Origin: the human T2T-CHM13v2.0 reference genome, Homo sapiens
Assembly (NCBI RefSeq): GCF_009914755.1
Contig: NC_060928.1
DNA: 64,000 nt
Reading direction: 5' to 3' (one strand)
The number at the start of each line of letters is the position of its first letter. Within the stretch, counting starts at the first letter, position 1. Positions 1 to 13,800 of the stretch are shown one piece after another. The position numbers and the translations under genes are program-made. The notes beneath the pieces were generated by a model, which saw only the letters and a list, made by a program, of their open reading frames with translations, was not told the DNA's origin and searched no databases.

Positions 1-406
1 GGCCATTTCGAGCGCTTTGAGTCCTATGGTGAAAAAGGAAATATCTTCCCATAAAAACCAGAAAGAAGCATTCTCAGAAACTTCTTTGTGTTGTGTGTAC
101 TCATGTAACAGTGTTGAACCATCCTTTTGACAGAGCAGTTTTGAAACACTCTTTTTGTAGAATCTGCAAGTGGATATTTGGATAGCTTTGAGGATTTCGT
201 TGGAAACGGGATGACATATAATATCTAGAGAGAAGCATTCTCAGGAACTTCTTTGTGCTGTTTGCATTCAAGTCACAGAATTGAACATTCCCTTTCATAG
301 AGCAGATTTGAAACACTCTTTCTCTAGTATCTGGAAGTGGGCATTTCAAGCGCTTTCAGGCCTATTGAGAGAAAGGAAATACCTTCAAATAAAAACTAGA
401 CAGAAG
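1..406 (+). repeat. Tail of a short HOR variant (end of m5, m6, m7 joined directly to m1)
   Basis: The m7 end ACCTTCAAATAAAAAC is followed by m1 (AAACTTGTTTGTGATGTGTGTATTC) instead of m8. It carries the same SNVs as the 7-mers. Confidence 0.9.
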
Positions 407-532
407 CATTCTCAGAAACTTGTTTGTGATGTGTGTATTCAACTAACAGAGTTGAACTTTTGTTTTTACAGAGCCGTTTTAAAACACTCTTTTTGTGGAA
501 TCAGAAAGTGGATATTCGGATGGCTCTGAGGA

Positions 533-549
533 TTTCGTTGGAAGCGGGA
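533..549 (+). promoter_or_regulatory. CENP-B box (representative; 8 intact per 19-mer at 533, 1041, 1382, 2063, 2233, 2573, 2911, 3253 in the first HOR)
   Basis: TTTCGTTGGAAGCGGGA matches the essential pattern NTTCGNNNNANNCGGGN. Confidence 0.95.
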
Positions 550-870
550 TTACATATAAAATCTAGAGAGAAGCATTCTCAGGAACTTCTTTGTGATGTT
601 TGCATTGAAGTCACAGAATTGAACATTCACTTTGATAGAGCAGGTTTGAAACACTCATTCTGTAGTATCTGGAAGTGGACATTTCAAGCGCTTTCAGGCC
701 TATGGTGAGAAAGGAAATATCTTCGAATAAAAACTAGACAGAAGCATCCTCAGAAACTTATTTGTGATGTGTGTCCTCAACTAACAGAGTTGAAACTTTG
801 TTTTGATACAGCATTTTGGAAACACTCTTTTTGTAGAATCTGCAGGTGGATATTTGGATAGCTTAGAGGG

Positions 871-887
871 ATTCGTTGGAAAGGGGA
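871..887 (+). promoter_or_regulatory. Degenerate CENP-B box (representative; 3 per 19-mer at 871, 1720, 3423)
   Basis: ATTCGTTGGAAAGGGGA, TTTCGTTGGAAACCGGA and TTTCGTTGGAAAAGGGA each break the essential CGGG. Confidence 0.9.
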
Positions 888-3638
888 TATCTTCATATAA
901 AATCTAGACAGAAGCATTCTCAGAAACTTATTTGTGATGTGTGTCCTCAACTAACAGAGTTGAACCTTGGTTTTGATACAGCATTTTGGAAACACTCCTT
1001 TTGTAGAATCTGCAGGTGGATATGTGGATAGCTCTGAAGATTTCGTTGGAAACGGGAATTTCTTCATATAAAATCAAACAGAAGCATTCTCAGAAACTTC
1101 TCAGTGATGTTTGCATTCAGCTCATGGAGTTGAACACTTCCTTTCATAGAGCCGGTTTGAAACACTCTTTCTGCACTACCTGGAAGAGGACATTTCGAGC
1201 GCTTTGAGTCCTATGGTGAAAAAGGAAATATCTTCTCATAAAAACCAGAAAGAAGCATTCTCAGAAACTTCTTTGTGTTGTGTGTACTCATGTAACAGTG
1301 TTGAACCATCCTTTTGACAGAGCAGTTTTGAAACACTCTTTTTGTAGAATCTGCAAGTGGATATTTGGATAGCTTTGAGGATTTCGTTGGAAACGGGATG
1401 ACATATAATATCTAGAGAGAAGCATACTCAGGAACTTCTTTGTGATGTTTGCATTCAAGTCACAGAATTGAACATTCCCTTTCATAGAGCAGGTTTGAAA
1501 CACTCTTTCTCTAGTATCTGGAAGTGGGCATTTCAAGCGCTTTCAGGCCTATGGAGAGAAAGGAAATACCTTCAAATAAAAACTAGACAGAAGCATTCTC
1601 AGAAACTTATTTGTGATGTGTGTCCTCAACTAACAGAGTTGAACCTTTGTTTTGATACAGCATTTTGGAAACACTCCTTTTGTAGAATCTGCAGGTGGAT
1701 ATTTGGATAACTTTGAAGATTTCGTTGGAAACCGGAATATCTTCATATAAAATCAAGACAGAAGCATTCTCGGAAACATCTCTGTGATGTTTGCATTCAA
1801 CTCAGTAGAGTTGAACACTTCCTTTCATAGAGCAGGTTTGAAACACTCTTTCTGCACTACCTGGAAGCGGACATTTCGAGCGCTTTGAGGCCTATGGTGA
1901 AAAAGGAAATATCTTCTCATAAAAACCAGAAAGAAGCATTCTCAGAAACTTCTTTGTGTTGTGTGTACTCAAGTAACAGTGTTGAACCTTCCTTTTGACA
2001 CAGCAGTTTTGAAACACTCTTTTGGTAGAATCTGCAAGTGGATATTTGGATAGCTTTGAGGATTTCGTTGGAAACGGGTTATCTTCATATAAAATCCAGA
2101 CAGGAGCATTCTCAGAAACTTCTTTGTGCTGCATGTCCTCAATTCACAGAGCTGAACCTTTGTTTGGATACAGCATTTTGGAAACATTCCTTTAGTAGAA
2201 TCTGCAAGTTGATATTTAGATAGCTTTGAAGATTTCGTTGGAAACGGGAATATCTTCATAGAAAATCTAGACGGAAGCATTCTCAGAAACTGCTTTGTGA
2301 TGTTTGCATTCAAGTCACAGAGTTGAATATTCCCTTTTATAGAGTAGGTTTGAAACACTCTTTCGGCACTACCTGGAAGTGGATATTTCGAGCTCTTTGA
2401 GGCCTATGGTTAAAAGGAAATATCTTCCCATAAAAACTAGACAGAAGCCGTCTCAGAAACTTGTTTGTGATGTGTGTATTCAACTACCAGAGTTGAACAT
2501 TTCTGTTACAGAGCAATTTTAAAACACTCTTTTTGTGGAATCTGAAAGTGGATAATTGGATAGCTTTGTGGATTTCGTTGGAAACGGGATGACGTATAAA
2601 ATCTAGAGAGAAGCATTCTCAGGAACTTCTTTGTGATGTTTGCATTCAAGTCACAGAATTGAACATTCCTTTTCATAGTGCAGGTTTGAAACACTCTTTC
2701 TGTAGTATCTGGAAGTGGACATTTCAAGCGCTTTCAGGCCTATGGGGAGAAAGGAAATATCTTCAAATAAAAACTAGACAGAAGGATTCTCAGAAACTTA
2801 TTTGTGATGTGTGTCCTAAACGAACACAGTTGAACCTTTGTTTTGATACAGCATTTTGGAAACACTCCTTTTGTAGGATCTGCAGGTGGATATTTGGATA
2901 GATTTTAAGATTTCGTTGGAAACGGGAGTTTCTTCATAGAAACTCAAGACAGATGCATTCTCAGAAACATCTCTGTGATGTTTGCATTCCACTCATAGAT
3001 TTGAAAACTTCCTTTCATAGAGCAGGTTTGAAACACTCTTTTTGTAATATTTGGAAGTGGACATTTGCAGCGCTTTGAGGCCTATGGTGAAAAAGGAAAT
3101 ATCTTCTCATAAAAACCAGAAACAAGCATTCTCAGAAACTTCTTTTTGATGTGTGTACTCAAGTAACAGAGTTGAACCTTCCTTTTGACACAGCAGTTTT
3201 GAAACAATCTTTTTGTAGAATCTGCAAGTGGATATTTGGATAGCTTTGAGGATTTCGTTGGAAACGGGATATCTTCATATAAAATCTAGACAGAAGCATT
3301 CTCAGAAACTTCTTTGTGCTGTATGTCCTCAATTAACAGAGTTGAACCATTGCTTGGATACAGCATTTTGGAAACATTCCTTGAGTAGAATCTGCAAGTT
3401 GATATTTAGATAGATTTGAAGATTTCGTTGGAAAAGGGAATATCTCCATATAAAATCTAGAGGGAAGCATTCTCAGAAACTGCTTTGTGATGTTTCCATT
3501 CAAGTCACAGAGTTGAATATTCCCTTTTATAGAGCACGTTTGAAACACTCTTTCTGCACTATCTGGAAGTGGACATTTCGAGCGCTTTGAGGCCTATGGT
3601 GAAAAAGGAAATATCTTCCCATAAAAACTAGACAGAAG

Positions 3639-4825
3639 CATTCTCAGAAACTTGTTTGTGATGTGTGTATTCAACTAACAGAGTTGAACTTTTGTTTTTA
3701 CAGAGCCGTTTTAAAACACTCTTTTTGTGGAATCAGAAAGTGGATATTCGGATGGCTCTGAGGATTTCGTTGGAAGCGGGATTACATATAAAATCTAGAG
3801 AGAAGCATTCTCAGGAACTTCTTTGTGATGTTTGCATTGAAGTCACAGAATTGAACATTCACTTTGATAGAGCAGGTTTGAAACACTCATTCTGTAGTAT
3901 CTGGAAGTGGACATTTCAAGCGCTTTCAGGCCTATGGTGAGAAAGGAAATATCTTCGAATAAAAACTAGACAGAAGCATCCTCAGAAACTTATTTGTGAT
4001 GTGTGTCCTCAACTAACAGAGTTGAAACTTTGTTTTGATACAGCATTTTGGAAACACTCTTTTTGTAGAATCTGCAGGTGGATATTTGGATAGCTTAGAG
4101 GGATTCGTTGGAAAGGGGATATCTTCATATAAAATCTAGACAGAAGCATTCTCAGAAACTTATTTGTGATGTGTGTCCTCAACTAACAGAGTTGAACCTT
4201 GGTTTTGATACAGCATTTTGGAAACACTCCTTTTGTAGAATCTGCAGGTGGATATGTGGATAGCTCTGAAGATTTCGTTGGAAACGGGAATTTCTTCATA
4301 TAAAATCAAACAGAAGCATTCTCAGAAACTTCTCAGTGATGTTTGCATTCAGCTCATGGAGTTGAACACTTCCTTTCATAGAGCCGGTTTGAAACACTCT
4401 TTCTGCACTACCTGGAAGAGGCCATTTCGAGCGCTTTGAGTCCTATGGTGAAAAAGGAAATATCTTCTCATAAAAACCAGAAAGAAGCATTCTCAGAAAC
4501 TTCTTTGTGTTGTGTGTACTCATGTAACAGTGTTGAACCATCCTTTTGACAGAGCAGTTTTGAAACACTCTTTTTGTAGAATCTGCAAGTGGATATTTGG
4601 ATAGCTTTGAGGATTTCGTTGGAAACGGGATGACATATAATATCTAGAGAGAAGCATTCTCAGGAACTTCTTTGTGCTGTTTGCATTCAAGTCACAGAAT
4701 TGAACATTCCCTTTCATAGAGCAGATTTGAAACACTCTTTCTCTAGTATCTGGAAGTGGGCATTTCAAGCGCTTTCAGGCCTATTGAGAGAAAGGAAATA
4801 CCTTCAAATAAAAACTAGACAGAAG
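3639..4825 (+). repeat. 7-mer HOR variant (m1-m7, 1,187 bp)
   Basis: Marker spacing 3665 to 4852 = 1,187 bp; m7 joins m1. Confidence 0.95.
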
Positions 4826-7800
4826 CATTCTCAGAAACTTGTTTGTGATGTGTGTATTCAACTAACAGAGTTGAACTTTTGTTTTTACAGAGCCGTTTTA
4901 GAACACTCTTTTTGTGGAATCAGAAAGTGGATATTCGGATGGCTCTGAGGATTTCGTTGGAAGCGGGATTACATATAAAATCTAGAGAGAAGCATTCTCA
5001 GGAACTTCTTTGTGATGTTTGCATTGAAGTCACAGAATTGAACATTCACTTTGATAGAGCAGGTTTGAAACACTCATTCTGTAGTATCTGGAAGTGGACA
5101 TTTCAAGCGCTTTCAGGCCTATGGTGAGAAAGGAAATATCTTCGAATAAAAACTAGACAGAAGCATCCTCAGAAACTTATTTGTGATGTGTGTCCTCAAC
5201 TAACAGAGTTGAAACTTTGTTTTGATACAGCATTTTGGAAACACTCTTTTTGTAGAATCTGCAGGTGGATATTTGGATAGCTTAGAGGGATTCGTTGGAA
5301 AGGGGATATCTTCATATAAAATCTAGACAGAAGCATTCTCAGAAACTTATTTGTGATGTGTGTCCTCAACTAACAGAGTTGAACCTTGGTTTTGATACAG
5401 CATTTTGGAAACACTCCTTTTGTAGAATCTGCAGGTGGATATGTGGATAGCTCTGAAGATTTCGTTGGAAACGGGAATTTCTTCATATAAAATCAAACAG
5501 AAGCATTCTCAGAAACTTCTCAGTGATGTTTGCATTCAGCTCATGGAGTTGAACACTTCCTTTCATAGAGCCGGTTTGAAACACTCTTTCTGCACTACCT
5601 GGAAGAGGACATTTCGAGCGCTTTGAGTCCTATGGTGAAAAAGGAAATATCTTCTCATAAAAACCAGAAAGAAGCATTCTCAGAAACTTCTTTGTGTTGT
5701 GTGTACTCATGTAACAGTGTTGAACCATCCTTTTGACAGAGCAGTTTTGAAACACTCTTTTTGTAGAATCTGCAAGTGGATATTTGGATAGCTTTGAGGA
5801 TTTCGTTGGAAACGGGATGACATATAATATCTAGAGAGAAGCATACTCAGGAACTTCTTTGTGATGTTTGCATTCAAGTCACAGAATTGAACATTCCCTT
5901 TCATAGAGCAGGTTTGAAACACTCTTTCTCTAGTATCTGGAAGTGGGCATTTCAAGCGCTTTCAGGCCTATGGAGAGAAAGGAAATACCTTCAAATAAAA
6001 ACTAGACAGAAGCATTCTCAGAAACTTATTTGTGATGTGTGTCCTCAACTAACAGAGTTGAACCTTTGTTTTGATACAGCATTTTGGAAACACTCCTTTT
6101 GTAGAATCTGCAGGTGGATATTTGGATAACTTTGAAGATTTCGTTGGAAACCGGAATATCTTCATATAAAATCAAGACAGAAGCATTCTCGGAAACATCT
6201 CTGTGATGTTTGCATTCAACTCAGTAGAGTTGAACACTTCCTTTCATAGAGCAGGTTTGAAACACTCTTTCTGCACTACCTGGAAGCGGACATTTCGAGC
6301 GCTTTGAGGCCTATGGTGAAAAAGGAAATATCTTCTCATAAAAACCAGAAAGAAGCATTCTCAGAAACTTCTTTGTGTTGTGTGTACTCAAGTAACAGTG
6401 TTGAACCTTCCTTTTGACACAGCAGTTTTGAAACACTCTTTTGGTAGAATCTGCAAGTGGATATTTGGATAGCTTTGAGGATTTCGTTGGAAACGGGTTA
6501 TCTTCATATAAAATCCAGACAGGAGCATTCTCAGAAACTTCTTTGTGCTGCATGTCCTCAATTCACAGAGCTGAACCTTTGTTTGGATACAGCATTTTGG
6601 AAACATTCCTTTAGTAGAATCTGCAAGTTGATATTTAGATAGCTTTGAAGATTTCGTTGGAAACGGGAATATCTTCATAGAAAATCTAGACGGAAGCATT
6701 CTCAGAAACTGCTTTGTGATGTTTGCATTCAAGTCACAGAGTTGAATATTCCCTTTTATAGAGTAGGTTTGAAACACTCTTTCGGCACTACCTGGAAGTG
6801 GATATTTCGAGCTCTTTGAGGCCTATGGTTAAAAGGAAATATCTTCCCATAAAAACTAGACAGAAGCCGTCTCAGAAACTTGTTTGTGATGTGTGTATTC
6901 AACTAACAGAGTTGAACATTTCTGTTACAGAGCAATTTTAAAACACTCTTTTTGTGGAATCTGAAAGTGGATAATTGGATAGCTTTGTGGATTTCGTTGG
7001 AAACGGGATGACGTATAAAATCTAGAGAGAAGCATTCTCAGGAACTTCTTTCTGATGTTTGCATTCAAGTCACAGAATTGAACATTCCTTTTCATAGTGC
7101 AGGTTTGAAACACTCTTTCTGTAGTATCTGGAAGTGGACATTTCAAGCGCTTTCAGGCCTACGGGGAGAAAGGAAATATCTTCAAATAAAAACTAGACAG
7201 AAGGATTCTCAGTAACTTATTTGTGATGTGTGTCCTAAACGAACACAGTTGAACCTTTGTTTTGATACAGCATTTTGGAAACACTCCTTTTGTAGGATCT
7301 GCAGGTGGATAATTGGATAGATTTTAAGATTTCGTTGGAAACGGGAGTTTCTTCATAGAAACTCAAGACAGATGCATTCTCAGAAACATCTCTGTGATGT
7401 TTGCATTCCACTCATAGATTTGAAAACTTCCTTTCATAGAGCAGGTTTGAAACACTCTTTTTGTAATATTTGGAAGTGGACATTTGCAGCGCTTTGAGGC
7501 CTATGGTGAAAAAGGAAATATCTTCTCATAAAAACCAGAAACAAGCATTCTCAGAAACTTCTTTTTGATGTGTGTACTCAAGTAACAGAGTTGAACCTTC
7601 CTTTTGACACAGCAGTTTTGAAACAATCTTTTTGTAGAATCTGCAAGTGGATATTTGGATAGCTTTGAGGATTTCGTTGGAAACGGGATATCTTCATATA
7701 AAATCTAGACAGAAGCATTCTCAGAAACTTCTTTGTGCTGTATGTCCTCAATTAACAGAGTTGAACCATTGCTTGGATACAGCATTTTGGAAACATTCCT

Positions 7801-10800
7801 TTAGTAGAATCTGCAAGTTGATATTTAGATAGATTTGAAGATTTCGTTGGAAAAGGGAATATCTCCATATAAAATCTAGAGGGAAGCATTCTCAGAAACT
7901 GCTTTGTGATGTTTCCATTCAAGTCACAGAGTTGAATATTCCCTTTTATAGAGCACGTTTGAAACACTCTTTCTGCACTATCTGGAAGTGGACATTTCGA
8001 GCGCTTTGAGGCCTATGGTGAAAAAGGAAATATCTTCCCATAAAAACTAGACAGAAGCATTCTCAGAAACTTGTTTGTGATGTGTGTATTCAACTAACAG
8101 AGTTGAACTTTTGTTTTTACAGAGCCGTTTTAAAACACTCTTTTTGTGGAATCAGAAAGTGGATATTCGGATGGCTCTGAGGATTTCGTTGGAAGCGGGA
8201 TTACATATAAAATCTAGAGAGAAGCATTCTCAGGAACTTCTTTGTGATGTTTGCATTGAAGTCACAGAATTGAACATTCACTTTGATAGAGCAGGTTTGA
8301 AACACTCATTCTGTAGTATCTGGAAGTGGACATTTCAAGCGCTTTCAGGCCTATGGTGAGAAAGGAAATATCTTCGAATAAAAACTAGACAGAAGCATCC
8401 TCAGAAACTTATTTGTGATGTGTGTCCTCAACCAACAGAGTTGAAACTTTGTTTTGATACAGCATTTTGGAAACACTCTTTTTGTAGAATCTGCAGGTGG
8501 ATATTTGGATAGCTTAGAGGGATTCGTTGGAAAGGGGATATCTTCATATAAAATCTAGACAGAAGCATTCTCAGAAACTTATTTGTGATGTGTGTCCTCA
8601 ACTAACAGAGTTGAACCTTGGTTTTGATACAGCATTTTGGAAACGCTCCTTTTGTAGAATCTGCAGGTGGATATGTGGATAGCTCTGAAGATTTCGTTGG
8701 AAACGGGAATTTCTTCATATAAAATCAAACAGAAGCATTCTCAGAAACTTCTCAGTGATGTTTGCATTCAGCTCATGGAGTTGAACACTTCCTTTCATAG
8801 AGCCGGTTTGAAACACTCTTTCTGCACTACCTGGAAGAGGACATTTCGAGCGCTTTGAGTCCTATGGTGAAAAAGGAAATATCTTCTCATAAAAACCAGA
8901 AAGAAGCATTCTCAGAAACTTCTTTGTGTTGTGTGTACTCATGTAACAGTGTTGAACCATCCTTTTGACAGAGCAGTTTTGAAACACTCTTTTTGTAGAA
9001 TCTGCAAGTGGATATTTGGATAGCTTTGAGGATTTCGTTGGAAACGGGATGACATATAATATCTAGAGAGAAGCATTCTCAGGAACTTCTTTGTGATGTT
9101 TGCATTCAAGTCACAGAATTGAACATTCCCTTTCATAGAGCAGGTTTGAAACACTCTTTCTCTAGTATCTGGAAGTGGGCATTTCAAGCGCTTTCAGGCC
9201 TATGGAGAGAAAGGAAATACCTTCAAATAAAAACTAGACAGAAGCATTCTCAGAAACTTATTTGTGATGTGTGTCCTCAACTAACAGAGTTGAACCTTTG
9301 TTTTGATACAGCATTTTGGAAACACTCCTTTTGTAGAATCTGCAGGTGGATATTTGGATAACTTTGAAGATTTCGTTGGAAACCGGAATATCTTCATATA
9401 AAATCAAGACAGAAGCATTCTCGGAAACATCTCTGTGATGTTTGCATTCAACTCAGTAGAGTTGAACACTTCCTTTCATAGAGCCGGTTTGAAACACTCT
9501 TTCTGCACTACCTGGAAGCGGACATTTCGAGCGCTTTGAGGCCTATGGTGAAAAAGGAAATATCTTCTCATAAAAACCAGAAAGAAGCATTCTCAGAAAC
9601 TTCTTTGTGTTGTGTGTACTCAAGTAACAGTGTTGAACCTTCCTTTTGACACAGCAGTTTTGAAACACTCTTTTGGTAGAATCTGCAAGTGGATATTTGG
9701 ATAGCTTTGAGGATTTCGTTGGAAACGGGTTATCTTCATATAAAATCCAGACAGGAGCATTCTCAGAAACTTCTTTGTGCTGCATGTCCTCAATTCACAG
9801 AGCTGAACCTTTGTTTGGATACAGCATTTTGGAAACATTCCTTTAGTAGAATCTGCAAGTTGATATTTAGATAGCTTTGAAGATTTCGTTGGAAACGGGA
9901 ATATCTTCATAGAAAATCTAGACGGAAGCATTCTCAGAAACTGCTTTGTGATGTTTGCATTCAAGTCACAGAGTTGAATATTCCCTTTTATAGAGTAGGT
10001 TTGAAACACTCTTTCGGCACTACCTGGAAGTGGATATTTCGAGCTCTTTGAGGCCTATGGTTAAAAGGAAATATCTTCCCATAAAAACTAGACAGAAGCC
10101 GTCTCAGAAACTTGTTTGTGATGTGTGTATTCAACTAACAGAGTTGAACATTTCTGTTACAGAGCAATTTTAAAACACTCTTTTTGTGGAATCTGAAAGT
10201 GGATAATTGGATAGCTTCGTGGATTTCGTTGGAAACGGGATGACGTATAAAATCTAGAGAGAAGCATTCTCAGGAACTTCTTTGTGATGTTTGCATTCAA
10301 GTCACAGAATTGAACATTCCTTTTCATAGTGCAGGTTTGAAACACTCTTTCTGTAGTATCTGGAAGTGGACATTTCAAGCGCTTTCAGGCCTACGGGGAG
10401 AAAGGAAATATCTTCAAATAAAAACTAGACAGAAGGATTCTCAGAAACTTATTTGTGATGTGTGTCCTAAACGAACACAGTTGAACCTTTGTTTAGATAC
10501 AGCATTTTGGAAACACTCCTTTTGTAGGATCTGCAGGTGGATATTTGGATAGATTTTAAGATTTCGTTGGAAACGGGAGTTTCTTCATAGAAACTCAAGA
10601 CAGATGCATTCTCAGAAACATCTCTGTGATGTTTGCATTCCACTCATAGAGTTGAAAACTTCCTTTCATAGAGCAGGTTTGAAACACTCTTTTTGTAATA
10701 TTTGGAAGTGGACATTTGCAGCGCTTTGAGGCCTATGGTGAAAAAGGAAATATCTTTTCATAAAAACCAGAAACAAGCATTCTCAGAAACTTCTTTTTGA

Positions 10801-13800
10801 TGTGTGTACTCAAGTAACAGAGTTGAACCTTCCTTTTGACACAGCAGTTTTGAAACAATCTTTTTGTAGAATCTGCAAGTGGATATTTGGATAGCTTTGA
10901 GGATTTCGTTGGAAACGGGATATCTTCATATAAAATCTAGACAGAAGCATTCTCAGAAACTTCTTTGTGCTGTATGTCCTCAATTAACAGAGTTGAACCA
11001 TTGCTTGGATACAGCATTTTGGAAACATTCCTTGAGTAGAATCTGCAAGTTGATATTTAGATAGATTTGAAGATTTCGTTGGAAAAGGGAATATCTCCAT
11101 ATAAAATCTAGACGGAAGCATTCTCAGAAACTGCTTTGTGATGTTTCCATTCAAGTCACAGAGTTGAATATTCCCTTTTATAGAGCACGTTTGAAACACT
11201 CTTTCTGCACTATCTGGAAGTGGACATTTCGAGCGCTTTGAGGCCTATGGTGAAAAAGGAAATATCTTCCCATAAAAATTAGACAGAAGCATTCTCAGAA
11301 ACTTGTTTGTGATGTGTGTATTCAACTAACAGAGTTGAACTTTTGTTTTTACAGAGCCGTTTTAAAACACTCTTTTTGTGGAATCAGAAAGTGGATATTC
11401 GGATGGCTCTGAGGATTTCGTTGGAAGCGGGATTACATATAAAATCTAGAGAGAAGCATTCTCAGGAACTTCTTTGTGATGTTTGCATTGAAGTCACAGA
11501 ATTGAACATTCACTTTGATAGAGCAGGTTTGAAACACTCATTCTGTAGTATCTGGAAGTGGACATTTCAAGCGCTTTCAGGCCTATGGTGAAAAAGGAAA
11601 TATCTTCGAATAAAAACTAGACAGAAGCATCCTCAGAAACTTATTTGTGATGTGTGTCCTCAACTAACAGAGTTGAAACTTTGTTTTGATACAGCATTTT
11701 GGAAACACTCTTTTTGTAGAATCTGCAGGTGGATATTTGGATAGCTTAGAGGGATTCGTTGGAAAGGGGATATCTTCATATAAAATCTAGACAGAAGCAT
11801 TCTCAGAAACTTATTTGTGATGTGTGTCCTCAACTAACAGAGTTGAACCTTGGTTTTGATACAGCATTTTGGAAACACTCCTTTTGTAGAATCTGCAGGT
11901 GGATATGTGGATAGCTCTGAAGATTTCGTTGGAAACGGGAATTTCTTCATATAAAATCAAACAGAAGCATTCTCAGAAACTTCTCAGTGATGTTTGCATT
12001 CAGCTCATGGAGTTGAACACTTCCTTTCATAGAGCCGGTTTGAAACACTCTTTCTGCACTACCTGGAAGAGGACATTTCGAGCGCTTTGAGTCCTATGGT
12101 GAAAAAGGAAATATCTTCTCATAAAAACCAGAAAGAAGCATTCTCAGAAACTTCTTTGTGTTGTGTGTACTCATGTAACAGTGTTGAACCATCCTTTTGA
12201 CAGAGCAGTTTTGAAACACTCTTTTTGTAGAATCTGCAAGTGGATATTTGGATAGCTTTGAGGATTTCGTTGGAAACGGGATGACATATAATATCTAGAG
12301 AGAAGCATACTCAGGAACTTCTTTGTGATGTTTGCATTCAAGTCACAGAATTGAACATTCCCTTTCATAGAGCAGGTTTGAAACACTCTTTCTCTAGTAT
12401 CTGGAAGTGGGCATTTCAAGCGCTTTCAGGCCTATGGAGAGAAAGGAAATACCTTCAAATAAAAACTAGACAGAAGCATTCTCAGAAACTTATTTGTGAT
12501 GTGTGTCCTCAACTAACAGAGTTGAACCTTTGTTTTGATACAGCATTTTGGAAACACTCCTTTTGTAGAATCTGCAGGTGGATATTTGGATAACTTTGAA
12601 GATTTCGTTGGAAACCGGAATATCTTCATATAAAATCAAGACAGAAGCATTCTCGGAAACATCTCTGTGATGTTTGCATTCAACTCAGTAGAGTTGAACA
12701 CTTCCTTTCATAGAGCAGGTTTGAAACACTCTTTCTGCACTACCTGGAAGCGGACATTTCGAGCGCTTTGAGGCCTATGGTGAAAAAGGAAATATCTTCT
12801 CATAAAAACCAGAAAGAAGCATTCTCAGAAACTTCTTTGTGTTGTGTGTACTCAAGTAACAGTGTTGAACCTTCCTGTTGACACAGCAGTTTTGAAACAC
12901 TCTTTTGGTAGAATCTGCAAGTGGATATTTGGATAGCTTTGAGGATTTCGTTGGAAACGGGTTATCTTCATATAAAATCCAGACAGGAGCATTCTCAGAA
13001 ACTTCTTTGTGCTGCATGTCCTCAATTCACAGAGCTGAACCTTTGTTTGGATACAGCATTTTGGAAACATTCCTTTAGTAGAATCTGCAAGTTGATATTT
13101 AGATAGCTTTGAAGATTTCGTTGGAAACGGGAATATCTTCATAGAAAATCTAGACGGAAGCATTCTCAGAAACTGCTTTGTGATGTTTGCATTCAAGTCA
13201 CAGAGTTGAATATTCCCTTTTATAGAGTAGGTTTGAAACACTCTTTCGGCACTACCTGGAAGTGGATATTTCGAGCTCTTTGAGGCCTATGGTTAAAAGG
13301 AAATATCTTCCCATAAAAACTAGACAGAAGCCGTCTCAGAAACTTGTTTGTGATGTGTGTATTCAACTACCAGAGTTGAACATTTCTGTTACAGAGCAAT
13401 TTTAAAACACTCTTTTTGTGGAATCTGAAAGTGGATAATTGGATAGCTTTGTGGATTTCGTTGGAAACGGGATGACGTATAAAATCTAGAGAGAAGCATT
13501 CTCAGGAACTTCTTTCTGATGTTTGCATTCAAGTCACAGAATTGAACATTCCTTTTCATAGTGCAGGTTTGAAACACTCTTTCTGTAGTATCTGGAAGTG
13601 GACATTTCAAGCGCTTTCAGGCCTACGGGGAGAAAGGAAATATCTTCAAATAAAAACTAGACAGAAGGATTCTCAGAAACTTATTTGTGATGTGTGTCCT
13701 AAACGAACACAGTTGAACCTTTGTTTTGATACAGCATTTTGGAAACACTCCTTTTGTAGGATCTGCAGGTGGATATTTGGATAGATTTTAAGATTTCGTT

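Larger units (their letters stand above)
407..3638 (+). repeat. Canonical 19-mer HOR copy (3,232 bp), used as reference m1-m19
   Basis: Monomer type order B A B B A B A B A B B A B A B A B B A (B = CENP-B-box type, A = pJalpha type). The next m1 marker is 3,232 bp later (433 to 3665). Confidence 0.95.

Noticed and set aside
3639-4825. Idea that the present 7-mer variant is the surviving ancestral 7-mer
   Set aside because: It consists of m1-m7, essentially identical to the modern 19-mer and out of phase with the m8-m14 / m15-m2 ancestral unit. It is a derived variant.
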